57,879 bases of DNA from Aulosira sp. ZfuVER01 (GCA_034530615.2 JAVRCV020000060.1:1-57879); one strand, 5' to 3'; counted from the first letter of the stretch, positions 37,801-48,528 are shown. Translations and numbers: made by a program. Notes: generated by a model from the sequence alone, not told the origin.

Positions 37801-38341
37801 GTTCCTCTTGCGTGTAACCTACCATTGTTAAGAAGGCATCGTTAGCCTCAATAATTGCCCCATTCATATCGGCTACAACTACCCCAATAATGTTAGAATC
37901 TGCCAAGCGTCTAAACCTGGCTTCGCTGGCTTGTAGCTTCTGCATACTTTTCTCTAGACAATGCTTGGCATGACGTAACTGCGAGTTCAACCAACTGATG
38001 AGTATTGTTACCAGCACAAACAAGCCTAAGCGCAAGATGCTATCTACAGGGTAAATCAAAGGCGAAGATGCAGTAGGAATAAAAAAATATGTAACAGCGA
38101 TAGTAGCCAAAGTAGTAGCCAATAAACCTGGTTTCATACCTCCATACCAAGCACTCACCGCCACAGCAGCAAAAAATAGCAAGAAAATTGTTTGACTGAG
38201 GAGTGGCTGTAACAGTAGTGTCAGTAGTAATGCGCTACCAACTGCCAAGACTGCTACACCATAAGGCATGAGTCGGAGGATGATTCCTTTCAAAGTGGCT
38301 TCTCCTGATGATGCTGCTAACTGAAGGGAATTTTGCCACAA
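34889..38341 (-). CDS. DUF4118-type membrane + multi-PAS hybrid histidine kinase with REC
   Basis: N-terminal TM bundle, five PAS domains, SHELRTPL, GGLGLGL and SDIGMP. Confidence 0.92.
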   Translation of the reverse strand: MWQNSLQLAASSGEATLKGIILRLMPYGVAVLAVGSALLLTLLLQPLLSQTIFLLFFAAVAVSAWYGGMKPGLLATTLATIAVTYFFIPTASSPLIYPVDSILRLGLFVLVTILISWLNSQLRHAKHCLEKSMQKLQASEARFRRLADSNIIGVVVADMNGAIIEANDAFLTMVGYTQEELVSGRVRWRDLTPPEYQEISDRAVTELRNQGINQPFEKEYIRKGGSRVPILIGSALLASKIEEVISFVLDLSAIKQTENALRESQSRFFALADATIEGVAIHDNGKILDANPAFAKMFGYSIDEAIGMSVTEFLIPESQKIILENIHFGYDELYEVTGLKKDRTTFSLEVFGKKSIYKGRNVRVSAWRNITERKQAEAAIRNSEKRFRRLVESNIFGVAFSKFDGSISYANEYFLNMVGYTLADMGAGELRWDIMTPAEYLSLDAKAAEELRKNGISTPFEKEYIRKDGSRVPIMIGAALLQESEGDREEIIGFYLDLTARKQVEAALRQREEQLQLITNAVPVFISYVDAQQRYRFNNRKYEEWYGIKASQMCGQHIQEIVGESGYEAIRPYIETVLSGELVTYETQMVSPKGSIHDVNISYVPQFNQQGEVEGFVALINDITDNKQAQNALKQSEERFRKLAEKVRVIPWEVDANTGNFTYVGPQTEEILGYPSTDWYADNFWEEHIHPDDREWAVKYCIESSLSLDNYEFEYRMLAADGRVVWIYDIVNVIRDESQPQLLHGFLLDITDRKLSEQERERLLAEAEAVNRMKDEFLGTLSHELRTPLSAMMGWTQLLKKRQLDEATKARALETIDRNTKSLAQLIEDVLDVSRIIQGKLSLNLQQVELIPVVEAAIETVQPAADAKEIRIECRFDPKIGVVMGDVNRLQQIIWNLLSNAVKFTPKGGRVDVQLKRRHSQIQIRVSDTGEGIANDFLPHVFERFRQADSSSTRSHGGLGLGLAIVRHLVELHGGTVSAESPGIGQGATFIVNLPMRAVYVENTISVLSDRSINSEISPNNPLSLEGVRVLVVDDEQDARQLLTTVLSQSGAQVMTVASAAEALIAVPQFHPDVLVSDIGMPEADGYTLIRQLRSLPSEQGGQIPAVALTAYARSEDRTRALLAGFQLHIPKPVNPAELVAVVANLAGRT

Positions 38342-38698
38342 TTAGCTAAATACGGCGAGAGCTTCACAGCTATTTTGCCCTGAAAAAATACATAAATAAT
38401 AATTAATGTCTGCGAATCTATCTAAAGTAGGAAAACTCAATGATTTTTAATTAAAAGTATTACAAGGCATAGATTAATTTTAGAATATTTTAGTATTTAT
38501 TAATTAGAGTATGATAACACACCCTACGTAATTATATAATTTTCTATGAATAATTTAAGACTGATATATATCCAGATTTTTTATTTTTTTAGGATTCAAA
38601 ATTAGAAATAAACTAATAATAATAATGCTCAGATTAAGTTGAAATAGATAGTTAAAAATAGGTCAAAATATATTTTTATTCTGACTTCTTGTCTAAAT

Positions 38699-38826
38699 TA
38701 GAACTTACGCAAAAGTCACGGAATTACGTCATTACGAGCGTAGCGACGTAATCGCCTAAAATTATGGGATTGCTTCCCTACACTACGTTCCGGTCGCAAT
38801 GACAAATTTTGCTTGCGTAAGTCCTA
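38699..38826. mobile_element. MITE (TIR TAG[G/A]ACTTACGCA) with GTCATT…AATGAC REP-like cargo
   Basis: tagaacttacgcaa / ttgcgtaagtccta. The cargo resembles the palindrome at 464-490. Confidence 0.7.
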
Positions 38827-38943
38827 TAAATTAAGCGATCGCGATTTCATTTTTCTCAGCTATTGACCCATAATCAAAATACGCAAGCTGCCCATTTTGC
38901 GTTATTAGTAATTAAATATGAAAACGTCGGGACAAGGCTCTAC

Positions 38944-40479
38944 ATGGCTCGCACCCCTACATTAACTTTCGATCGCGGTACACTGATACTGCATCCACCA
39001 CCACGCGGTAAAGCTTGGATGGACTATGCCACCTGGGACGATCGGGTGGAAAAATTTCGGCTGCCTGCTATTCAATATCGTTCTTTAGTAGAAGCACTGC
39101 AAGCGGAAGAGGTTAACTTTATTGATGAGGCGAAGGAATTTTATCCTTTAGATTTGGTTGCAACTCTGGAAATGGAACCTTATCCCCACCAGAGTGAGGC
39201 GTTAGCGGCGTGGAAACTAGCGGGAAGACAAGGGGTAGTGGTGCTTCCTACGGCTGCGGGAAAGACTTATTTAGCACAAATGGCGATGCAAGCCACACCG
39301 CGCACAACGTTAATTGTCGTCCCAACTTTGGATTTGATGCATCAGTGGTATGCTCACTTGGTAGCGGCGTTTCCAGATGCGGAGGTGGGTTTGTTGGGGG
39401 GTGGTTCCAAAGATAGGACACCGATTTTAATTGCAACTTACGATAGTGCAGCTATCCATGCGGAAACTTTGGGAAATCAATATGGCTTGCTAATTTTTGA
39501 TGAATGTCACCATTTACCGACGGATTTTAATCGGGTAATTGCCGAATATGCGATCGCACCCTATCGTCTTGGACTTTCAGCTACCCCAGAACGCACCGAT
39601 GGTAAACATGCTGATTTAAATATTCTCATTGGTAGAGAAGTATATCGCAAACGCGCTGAAGATTTGGCGGGAAAGGCGTTAGCAGAACATGAAATTGTCC
39701 AAATTAAGGTGAAATTATCCCAACACGAACGGGAAAAATACAACGAGTTGATTCAACTCCGCAATGATTTTTTACGAGAATCGCGGATTTCTTTGGGGAG
39801 TATTCAAGGTTGGCAAATGTTTGTGCAAATGAGTGCGCGATCGCAAACTGGTCGTAGAGCGATGTTAGCACACCGGGAAGCTAAAGAAATCGCCTTGGGT
39901 ACGGATGGGAAGTTGCGTATTTTAGCTAATTTATTGGCGAAACATCATCCGGAGAGAATTATCGTTTTTACTGCTGATAATGCGACTGTTTACCGGATTT
40001 CTCAAGAGTTGTTAATTCCAGCTATTACTCATCAAACACCTGTAAAAGAACGGCATGAAATATTAACTAAGTTTCGTGAGGGTGAATATAATACTTTGAT
40101 TGCTTCTCATGTGTTGAATGAAGGTGTTGATGTGCCAGCGGCTTCGATTGCAATTATTTTATCTGGGACTGGTTCGACTAGGGAATATATTCAACGTTTG
40201 GGGAGGGTGTTGCGGAAGGGGAATATTGCAGGGAAGCAGGCAATTTTATACGAAGTTGTGGCTGAGGATACGAGTGAGGAAAGAACTTCGGCGCGGCGTA
40301 GGGGGATGGAGAAGAGTAGCGAACCGCAGAGACGCGGAGAACGCAGAGGAAAGGAGAAGAAGAAAGGACATTTGCAAGTTGTGTATGGAACTGGGAAAGA
40401 AAAAAGTGCTAAGGCTGCGGAACAGTTAGAAATAAATTATTCAACTAAGCGCAGTGAAGATTCATCCGATTTAACATAG
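38944..40479 (+). CDS. XPB/Rad25-like SF2 helicase
   Basis: PTAAGKT, DECH, SAT, EGVDVP and QRLGRVLR. ATG start at 38944. Confidence 0.9.
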   Translation: MARTPTLTFDRGTLILHPPPRGKAWMDYATWDDRVEKFRLPAIQYRSLVEALQAEEVNFIDEAKEFYPLDLVATLEMEPYPHQSEALAAWKLAGRQGVVVLPTAAGKTYLAQMAMQATPRTTLIVVPTLDLMHQWYAHLVAAFPDAEVGLLGGGSKDRTPILIATYDSAAIHAETLGNQYGLLIFDECHHLPTDFNRVIAEYAIAPYRLGLSATPERTDGKHADLNILIGREVYRKRAEDLAGKALAEHEIVQIKVKLSQHEREKYNELIQLRNDFLRESRISLGSIQGWQMFVQMSARSQTGRRAMLAHREAKEIALGTDGKLRILANLLAKHHPERIIVFTADNATVYRISQELLIPAITHQTPVKERHEILTKFREGEYNTLIASHVLNEGVDVPAASIAIILSGTGSTREYIQRLGRVLRKGNIAGKQAILYEVVAEDTSEERTSARRRGMEKSSEPQRRGERRGKEKKKGHLQVVYGTGKEKSAKAAEQLEINYSTKRSEDSSDLT

Positions 40480-40538
40480 TTAGCAATTCAAACTTCTTTC
40501 CTCTCTGCGTCTCTGCGCCTCTGCGCGATCCAAATCCC

Positions 40539-41753
40539 ATGTTACCCACAGAATTATTAATGCACCGCCACAATGGTGAAGAAATCATCCCCAAGCGATT
40601 GAAGATTGATGATAAACATTTAAATTTAGCGAATGAGTTAATTACTTATTTTCAAGCAGCAGTTGGTAAAACTCAGGGGATGCTAGAACGCCAACTGACA
40701 GATTTTGAAGGAGATACTACAGATTATCGCGTTAAAAGAGGTTTGGCTTATATTCTCAAAAGCAGTTTTTGTACTTTTGAGGTGGTGAGTCCGCTAGAAC
40801 CGCCAATGTTAAGAGAAAGGGTATTTGCGTTATCTGCTAAATCTGTTCCTAGTAAAGAAGCAACACAAATTACTTTCAGTAAAATAGCTGATGAATTAAC
40901 TCATGAACTGGAACGAGAAGTTTTACCACAACAAATTCATGATGGATTATATGCTGATTTAGCTGAGAATAAAATTTTGACGGTTTTCGATGCACCCACA
41001 GCACAAGATTTATTACATCGATATAATTTATCGCAAGTGCAGGGAGTATTTTATAAAGCCAGCCAATTAGTATTAAATGCTCATCGCAATGTTCCGGGAG
41101 AATATAAGCTGTTATTTCGCTATCTCAAGTTATTTCAATTGATGGCTTATATTGAAGGCGATGCTGACCACGGATTTACAATTACTATTGATGGGCCGAC
41201 GAGTTTATTTAATCCTAGTACGCGCTATGGGTTGGCGATCGCTAAACTTATCCCCGCTTTACTCCACGTAACTCGCTGGAGTTTGGCTTCCACGTTGCAA
41301 AGCCGCGACACCTACACCAATACTTGGAGAACGGGACGTTTTACTCTCAATTCCGAATGTGGTTTAGTTTCACATTACTCTCCAGGTAAGCCTTACGATA
41401 GTATGCTAGAAGCATCCTTCGCTGATAAATGGGATGCTCTCAAAAGTGAATGGGCGTTAGAGCGAGAAGTTGATTTAATTCCCATCCCTGGAAGTGTGAT
41501 GATTCCCGATTTTCGCTTAGTGCATCCTGATGGACGCAGCTTTCTGTTAGAAATTGTTGGTTATTGGCGTCCAGAGTATTTACAAAAAAAGTTTGCTCAG
41601 GTGCGGCGTGCTGGACGGGATGATTTAATTCTGGCAATTTCTGAGAGACTGAATTTAGAAAAAGCTGGAGTGAAGTTAAATGATGTCCCCGCAAGAATTA
41701 TTTGGTTTAAAGATAAATTGTTACCAAAATCTGTGTTAGCTGTGATGGAGTGA
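40539..41753 (+). CDS. DUF790 (Bax1-like) endonuclease
   Basis: RYNLSQVQG and PDF…LEIVGYW PD-(D/E)xK-like motif. Adjacent to the XPB-like helicase. Confidence 0.88.
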   Translation: MLPTELLMHRHNGEEIIPKRLKIDDKHLNLANELITYFQAAVGKTQGMLERQLTDFEGDTTDYRVKRGLAYILKSSFCTFEVVSPLEPPMLRERVFALSAKSVPSKEATQITFSKIADELTHELEREVLPQQIHDGLYADLAENKILTVFDAPTAQDLLHRYNLSQVQGVFYKASQLVLNAHRNVPGEYKLLFRYLKLFQLMAYIEGDADHGFTITIDGPTSLFNPSTRYGLAIAKLIPALLHVTRWSLASTLQSRDTYTNTWRTGRFTLNSECGLVSHYSPGKPYDSMLEASFADKWDALKSEWALEREVDLIPIPGSVMIPDFRLVHPDGRSFLLEIVGYWRPEYLQKKFAQVRRAGRDDLILAISERLNLEKAGVKLNDVPARIIWFKDKLLPKSVLAVME

Positions 41754-41881
41754 TATCAATTTTAGATTTTAGATTTTGGATGAAGTTATTAGTGATGGCG
41801 ATCGCTAAATATAAAGTTTCTACTAAGTGCGATCGCAAACGTAACAAACTCTACGACTATTGCCCGTTCTCTTTTGTCCTT

Positions 41882-44800
41882 TCAACCACGACCGACTAAG
41901 CTAGCTACTACTGTTGCTAATTCGGCAGGTTCAATGGGTTTCGGTAAATGTAGCTGATAACCTTCTTGAATAGCTCGCATTCTATCTTCGGTTCTCGCAT
42001 AAGCTGTGAGTGCGGCGGCGGGGACATCTCCACCTTGTTCTGCTGGAAGCGATCGCACTTTGCGAATAAAGGAGTAACCATCTTCTTGTGGCATACCAAT
42101 GTCACTAACTATTACATCTGGTTTGCACTGGGAAATTATCTGCAATGCCTCTTTTACTGATGCTGCTGCTTGAACTTCGGCTTGGCATTGTCGCAGTACT
42201 GTGGTGATAAATTCCCGGTTATCAGCTTCATCATCTACAATCAAGATTCGCACGCCTAAAAGCGAAGGATAGGAAAGCAATACAGAATTATCTTCCCCAG
42301 TTTGTAGCTGTGAAATATTTCCTTGAGTAGGTGACAAAAGTGGCAACTTGACTGTAAATGTCGCTCCTTGCTGCTCGCCTGCACTATCAACCTGGACGCT
42401 ACCGCCGTGTAGTTCTACTAAATGCCGTACAATGGCTAATCCTAATCCCAGTCCACCATGTGTTCTGGTGCTGGAACTATCAGCTTGCCGAAAGCGATCG
42501 AATACGTAAGGCAGAAACTCGTAATTAATTCCAATACCTGTGTCGATTACTTGAATTTGAGCGTAGCTAGCTAAATTACCTTTGAATTGTTCATCGATCT
42601 GGGAAAGTCGGATTTCTACTCTACCGCCTGGGGGTGTAAATTTGATGGCATTGGAGAGCAAATTCCAGATGATTTGCTGCAACCGTTCTGCATCCCCGGA
42701 AACTAAAAATTCTGGATGACGCTTGCTATGCTGTGGTGACTCTCTTCGCGGTGGGTAAAATTGCAAGTCGATTTCTTTGGCCTGAGCAGCTAGGCTAACA
42801 GTTTCTAAGGCTGAGTCAATAATCGAAATCAGATTGCAAGTTGCCACATTCAAACGCAACTTACCTCTAATCATGCGCGAGATATCCAGCAAGTCTTCAA
42901 TGAGCTGGGTTTGCATTCTGGCATTGCGCTCGATTGTTTCTAAACCTCTACTAGCCTGAGTTTCGCTGAGACTACGGGAACGCAGCAATTGCGCCCAACC
43001 AAGGATGGCGTTGAGGGGCGATCGCAATTCATGGGATAGTATCGCTAAAAATTCATCCTTCATGCGGTTGGCATCTTGCAGCTGCTCTGTTTGTTCTTGT
43101 AAAGAAGCAATTAACCGCGCACGTTCCATTGCGATCGCTATTTGATCGCAAACTGCTTGCATCATCCCTCTTTGATTTTCACTAAAGCGTGTGCGACTGC
43201 GACTGCCAAAGGAAATAGTACCTAAAAGCTGCCCTTGGGCGATTAACGGGTAACTATAGTAAGCTGTAATTCCTAAAGAGCGAATCAATTCTGTTTTTGG
43301 GTCAGTTAATTGCTGCACATTATCTAAAGCAATCTGACAACGTGTTTGAGCTGTAGTACCGCATACGGCTTGACCTATTGTTAGATACTCAATTTCTTTT
43401 GCCAGTTCTTCAGAAATGCCTGTGGATGAGGCTAGACGCATTACCTGAGAGTTGTCTTCTACCAAATAGTTAAGGTAAACATCTAAACCAATTTGTACCG
43501 CAAGTTTACGAAATAATTTATCAACTAAAGCTACAGGGTTTTGGCTGGATAATAATTCATTGGCAGTATCAAATAGTAATTTAAGTCTCTTGTAATTTAA
43601 GGAGAGCGCTTTTTCTGCTTGCTTGATACTAGTAATGTCGTGGAAAATCATTACACAGGTAGCTGGATAACCATGCATTGCTGGTAAGGTATCGGCAAAT
43701 ACCAGTAGGGAGTGTACATCTTGGCTACTATGCCAGTCTACCTCCAACCCATCCAGACGTTCTCCACGGGCAACCCGCACTCCAGGCATTTGGTCGTTAG
43801 GGATACGTTGTCCATTAGCATCAGTGCAATAGTAAAACTTGTGATATTCTTCGGCTGGTATACCTTTAGGAAATTCACCTCCAGCTAACTCATCAGCTGC
43901 GCGATTAGCAAAAGTTACCCGTGCTGTTCCTGGTTCAATAAATAGCAATGGTCTGGGCATCAAATTCAGCACATCTTCCAGCCATTTTTGCTGATTTCGC
44001 AGAACTTCCTCCGCTTGCTTGCGTTCTGTGATGTTCAAAAATGCAGCGATGCAGCCTCTAGTTTTACCTTCCTCGTCAAACAGGGGTGCAACATACTCCA
44101 GCAGTGTGACGACTTTGCCGTTTTCTTGGACAACATCAAGTTCAACATCGAGAACTTCTACGCCGTGAGCCGCCGCATACTGCATGGGAAGTTCTTCTCC
44201 CGAAATTTCTCTACCTTCACGGTATGTTTTAAAACTCGGTTTCTCATCAACTGGAGCAGTCAGAGAAGCATTGACATCTGGCGAAATTCCCAACTGTTTG
44301 GCCAAAGCGGGGTTTACTTTGATAGTTTGACATTGTGGATCTTCGGCAATACCAATGCCAACTGGCATGACATCGAGCAAAGTTTGTAACTCAGTCACCC
44401 GGCGCTGAAGATCCTTGTTAAGTTGAAGAATTTGTTTCTTTGTTTGTTGCCGTTCGCTTAAGTCGATAATAAATGCTACTGCCTCTTGCCGTTGTTCTCC
44501 TAGCAATACAAAACCAACTAAAACTGGAATGCGGCTCCCATCTTTGCGGATATATTCTTTTTCATAAGGCATACAAGTACCATTAGCACTTGCTTGGGCT
44601 TCAGCGATCGCCCGATCGTCCAATGGCAGATATTCTGATGGTGTGATGGCGTTCCAGGCGATTCTGCCTGCTAATAAATCTTCTCGCGTGTAGCCAATAA
44701 TCGCTAACAATTCGTCGTTGGCTTGCTGGATACCGCCATAAATATCGCAAAATAAAATACCAATTACATTTGCATCTACGAGACTGCGGAGTTTTTCTTC

Positions 44801-45751
44801 GTAGGCCTTTAATTCATTTTGAACGCGATCGCGTTGGTAACTGAGGCGTTCGACAACTGCGGCACTTTGCCAGATTAAAATGGCAAAAACCACCATAACG
44901 ATGATGGCAAACAGTGATATTGCAAAGGCTGTATCATACTTGCCTACTTTCTGGCCCAGAACAATTAACCACCCCAGTAGAAAAGGCACTGCGATCGCCG
45001 CAAATAAAAACCTGCGAGCTAATAAGCCGCTGTCACTATTGCTTGTGATGATTCGCATGAATGCCTGGTTTGGATGTGTCCACATAATACCCATACACAG
45101 CGCTATAAAAGTTAGTGCTGTATGTAACGCCATTGAAGTTGTATATGGTTGTACACCATAAAAGACTTCTACTTGATAAGCATAGCCAATCAGCGCTTGG
45201 AAGGAAATTAAAGTAGCTATCAGGGCGAGAATCTGGGAATACCAATAGCTGCGGTGGGTTTTTTGATGCAGCGACAGTTCTAGAGATCTACCAACGAGCA
45301 TAAAGTTGAGTGCAGTGTTCAAACCCATTCGCCCTGGATAAGCTGTCTCTAAAGCATTTGGCGAATCGCGGAAGAAAAATTCGTCAATTCCCAGATTGCT
45401 ACCGAAGATATATTGAACAACTGTTAAAAAGCCAATTAACGTTACTGCTATTGCACACAGCCGAGAACACCAGAAGTAGAAGGGATGATGAGGAGAAGCA
45501 CCTTTGTCTTTTTGGAGATTCTGAGCTAGCCACAGTGACAAACCACAGAGTAGAAAACCCAAGGCTGTGTTTGCCTTCATTGTCACCAAATTGCCATTGC
45601 AGCCACATTTGAGAAATTCAATATCAAAACCCCAGCCAATTAGTACCAAGCCACCAATGAATATGGCGATCGCACTACTAATTTTTACTATCAACGACTG
45701 TGTGGCGACTCGATCGGGAACTTGCAGATGCAAGCGGTTTACTTTGAACAT
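41882..45751 (-). CDS. Membrane-bound PAS/GAF hybrid histidine kinase with REC
   Basis: Multi-TM N-terminus, three PAS, GAF, SHELRSPL, HATPase and REC. Confidence 0.92.
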   Translation of the reverse strand: MFKVNRLHLQVPDRVATQSLIVKISSAIAIFIGGLVLIGWGFDIEFLKCGCNGNLVTMKANTALGFLLCGLSLWLAQNLQKDKGASPHHPFYFWCSRLCAIAVTLIGFLTVVQYIFGSNLGIDEFFFRDSPNALETAYPGRMGLNTALNFMLVGRSLELSLHQKTHRSYWYSQILALIATLISFQALIGYAYQVEVFYGVQPYTTSMALHTALTFIALCMGIMWTHPNQAFMRIITSNSDSGLLARRFLFAAIAVPFLLGWLIVLGQKVGKYDTAFAISLFAIIVMVVFAILIWQSAAVVERLSYQRDRVQNELKAYEEKLRSLVDANVIGILFCDIYGGIQQANDELLAIIGYTREDLLAGRIAWNAITPSEYLPLDDRAIAEAQASANGTCMPYEKEYIRKDGSRIPVLVGFVLLGEQRQEAVAFIIDLSERQQTKKQILQLNKDLQRRVTELQTLLDVMPVGIGIAEDPQCQTIKVNPALAKQLGISPDVNASLTAPVDEKPSFKTYREGREISGEELPMQYAAAHGVEVLDVELDVVQENGKVVTLLEYVAPLFDEEGKTRGCIAAFLNITERKQAEEVLRNQQKWLEDVLNLMPRPLLFIEPGTARVTFANRAADELAGGEFPKGIPAEEYHKFYYCTDANGQRIPNDQMPGVRVARGERLDGLEVDWHSSQDVHSLLVFADTLPAMHGYPATCVMIFHDITSIKQAEKALSLNYKRLKLLFDTANELLSSQNPVALVDKLFRKLAVQIGLDVYLNYLVEDNSQVMRLASSTGISEELAKEIEYLTIGQAVCGTTAQTRCQIALDNVQQLTDPKTELIRSLGITAYYSYPLIAQGQLLGTISFGSRSRTRFSENQRGMMQAVCDQIAIAMERARLIASLQEQTEQLQDANRMKDEFLAILSHELRSPLNAILGWAQLLRSRSLSETQASRGLETIERNARMQTQLIEDLLDISRMIRGKLRLNVATCNLISIIDSALETVSLAAQAKEIDLQFYPPRRESPQHSKRHPEFLVSGDAERLQQIIWNLLSNAIKFTPPGGRVEIRLSQIDEQFKGNLASYAQIQVIDTGIGINYEFLPYVFDRFRQADSSSTRTHGGLGLGLAIVRHLVELHGGSVQVDSAGEQQGATFTVKLPLLSPTQGNISQLQTGEDNSVLLSYPSLLGVRILIVDDEADNREFITTVLRQCQAEVQAAASVKEALQIISQCKPDVIVSDIGMPQEDGYSFIRKVRSLPAEQGGDVPAAALTAYARTEDRMRAIQEGYQLHLPKPIEPAELATVVASLVGRG

Positions 45752-45958
45752 TGAGGTCTTTGTAACCCCACCTAAACGAGCTTGTGAAAGTTCAAGGTTT
45801 TTTCCTGGTCTAGTGGGTTAGTTGCTTGTGTTTTATGCTACAGGTACTTGACTAATAATTTCATCTATCTATATGCATATTTTCTGGGGCATTGGGCATT
45901 GGGCAATGGAAATTTGTCATTTCTCCCCACACTCCCCACACTCCTCACACCCCCTCCA

Positions 45959-48418
45959 TTAAAACTTCCAACTACACCCGCTACCATCATCTTGAAACCG
46001 CTGTTCTCCAATGCCGACAAGTTCGACAATTACTTCTCGCTGTGGTGGTGTCCATTCTCCTTCACGGGCGCTAATTTCTACAGTTGTTTGGTTCTCCTCT
46101 GTAAATACACTTATCTTTCTTAAAGAGTGGTTTTGCTTTTGAATTGTGTTTGTTTTGCCATCGTCTTCAAAGAAAATATATTCGTTTTTTCCTGGCCAAA
46201 TACGCAAATGCAGTGGTACATCTGGAATTTCATCGACATATTGCTGCACGGGTTGCATGGGAATAATGGCACCACCACGGACATACAGTGGCATTTTTTC
46301 TAATGGTGCATGGCTGAGAATGTAGGTAGGGCCTGAGTAACGTTCGCCACTCCACCAGTCATACCAAGTACCTGCGGGTAAATAAACAGCCCGATACTCA
46401 ACGCCAGGGCGGTAAACAGGTGCAGCCATAAGGGAAGCTCCCAGCAAGACTTGATCGTAAAGAGTGTAGGTTTGGCGATCGCTGGGAAAATGGTAAAATA
46501 GTGGTCTTAAAATCGGAGCGCCTGTTTGTGCTGCTTCCCAAAAAAGATTGTAGATGTAAGGTAATAGCTGATAACGCAGATTAATATATTCACGACAGAT
46601 ATTTTCTGTGCGATCGCCAAATACCCAAGGTTCATGACGCGCAGTAGACATAGCAGAATGACCGCGCATCAATGGGTAGAGCATTCCAACTTGCATCCAA
46701 CGGGCAAATAATTCAGCAGTGGCGTTACCTGCAAATCCACCAATATCGCAACCAACAAACGCCACACCCGAAAGCCCCATATTACACAGCATTGGTAGAG
46801 ACATTTCCAAATGCTCCCACAATGAATGGTTATCCCCCATCCACACCGAAGACCAACGCTGCACCCCCGCATAACCGGAACGAGTCAGCACAAACGATCG
46901 CTCTTTTTGCCGATGGCGCTGCAACCCTTCCGCACAAGCTTTCGCCATCATCAACCCATATAAGTTATGCACCTCCAGATGAGTAGAAGTGGAAGCGGGG
47001 ACTTGAGGACGCGGGGACGCGGAGACATTTTCGTTTTTTGTGTCCTCCTCATCTCCCCCCTCTCCCCCATCTTTTCCATCCCCGCGTCCCCGCGTCTCCT
47101 TGTCCCCCCCCTCTCCCTCACTCCCCTGCGGCGCATCCAGCGGAAACCAAATCTTCTCTCCACCATCCCCAAAAGGACGATTATCAATGGCAGGTTCATT
47201 CATATCATTCCAAATTCCTGCCACACCAATATCAGTCAGGCTTTTATGCAAATCACCCCACCACTGACGCACATCAGCGCGTAAAAAATCTGGAAAAACA
47301 GCTTTCTCCGGCCAAACGTAGCCGTGAAATAACTGGCCATCAGCTTTGCGCACAAAATAGTCGTTGTCTATTCCGCGATCGAAAACGTGATAATTGGCTT
47401 CTGGTTCATACTTCACACCCGGATCGATAATTGTGACAGTCTTAAAACCATCTTGTGCCAAGTCACTTACCAATTTTGCCGGATCGGGGAAGCGCTTGGG
47501 ACTCCAGGTAAACACCCGATAACCCCGCATATAGTCAATATCGAGGTGAATAACATCGCAGGGAATGCGACGCTGACGAAATTCTTGTGCTAGTTCCCGC
47601 ACCACATCTTCTGATTCGTAACTCCAGCGACATTGATGATAACCCAATGCCCATTTTGGTGGTAGCGGCATTCTCCCAGTTAATTGGGTGTATGTACGCA
47701 ATATTTGGGCAGGTTCGGGGCCGTAGATAATGTAATAATCCAGTTCCCCACCGCGAGTTTCCATCTTCCAAACACCAGGGTGTTCAGCACCGATATCAAA
47801 TTGACTCCAAAATGTCGTATTAAAAAAGATGCCATAACCCACATCTGGACGCAAAGCCATAAAAAACGGAATGGCTTGGTACATTTCATCAGTTAATGCA
47901 TCGTAATCTAAAGCGTCAACTGTCCAGTTAGTTTTAACTTGACTAAGTTTATCGAGAAAGCCTGTGCGTTCGCCAAAGCCATAGAAATGCTCATCAGCAG
48001 CAATTTTCTTCCAGCCTGCAACTGCACCCATCCGCCAACCCATCCGCAGATCTAAATCATCTTCAGCAAAGGGACGATTGGCTTTGTCAAAGCAAGCAAG
48101 ACGACATTCTTGCTTATGCACGCATACACGAATTTGCTCAGTTGTAATTTCTACCGTAGCGTCAGTGTCCTGCACCTCAAAAGGAACCTTTGCCCATTCT
48201 GAATCATCTACCGTTACTGCCCAAGAACGGCGGCGCATAAATTCTCCAGTCGGTGCAAGCCTTACCCGCAGTAAATTGGGGGCAAGTATAGTAATTTGCA
48301 AGCGGGAGTTAGTACACTGAAAATTAACAGTGCTATTGCTCCAATTTACAGCTTGCACACTACCAATAGTTGTCCACGGTTGGTTAGTTGTGGGTAATTT
48401 CCCAAAATATTGCGGCAT
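45959..48418 (-). CDS. Glycoside hydrolase family 31 (alpha-glucosidase)
   Basis: HLDIDY, GIWNDMNEP (nucleophile), WMGDN and GCDIGGF. Confidence 0.95.
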   Translation of the reverse strand: MPQYFGKLPTTNQPWTTIGSVQAVNWSNSTVNFQCTNSRLQITILAPNLLRVRLAPTGEFMRRRSWAVTVDDSEWAKVPFEVQDTDATVEITTEQIRVCVHKQECRLACFDKANRPFAEDDLDLRMGWRMGAVAGWKKIAADEHFYGFGERTGFLDKLSQVKTNWTVDALDYDALTDEMYQAIPFFMALRPDVGYGIFFNTTFWSQFDIGAEHPGVWKMETRGGELDYYIIYGPEPAQILRTYTQLTGRMPLPPKWALGYHQCRWSYESEDVVRELAQEFRQRRIPCDVIHLDIDYMRGYRVFTWSPKRFPDPAKLVSDLAQDGFKTVTIIDPGVKYEPEANYHVFDRGIDNDYFVRKADGQLFHGYVWPEKAVFPDFLRADVRQWWGDLHKSLTDIGVAGIWNDMNEPAIDNRPFGDGGEKIWFPLDAPQGSEGEGGDKETRGRGDGKDGGEGGDEEDTKNENVSASPRPQVPASTSTHLEVHNLYGLMMAKACAEGLQRHRQKERSFVLTRSGYAGVQRWSSVWMGDNHSLWEHLEMSLPMLCNMGLSGVAFVGCDIGGFAGNATAELFARWMQVGMLYPLMRGHSAMSTARHEPWVFGDRTENICREYINLRYQLLPYIYNLFWEAAQTGAPILRPLFYHFPSDRQTYTLYDQVLLGASLMAAPVYRPGVEYRAVYLPAGTWYDWWSGERYSGPTYILSHAPLEKMPLYVRGGAIIPMQPVQQYVDEIPDVPLHLRIWPGKNEYIFFEDDGKTNTIQKQNHSLRKISVFTEENQTTVEISAREGEWTPPQREVIVELVGIGEQRFQDDGSGCSWKF

Positions 48419-48528
48419 GATCTACCTGTTTTGAAGAGACTGGGGAGTGTGGGGAGACAAGGAGGACAAGGGGGACAAGGGGACAGGGAGGACAAAGGGA
48501 GAATAGCAATTACCAATGCCCAATGACA

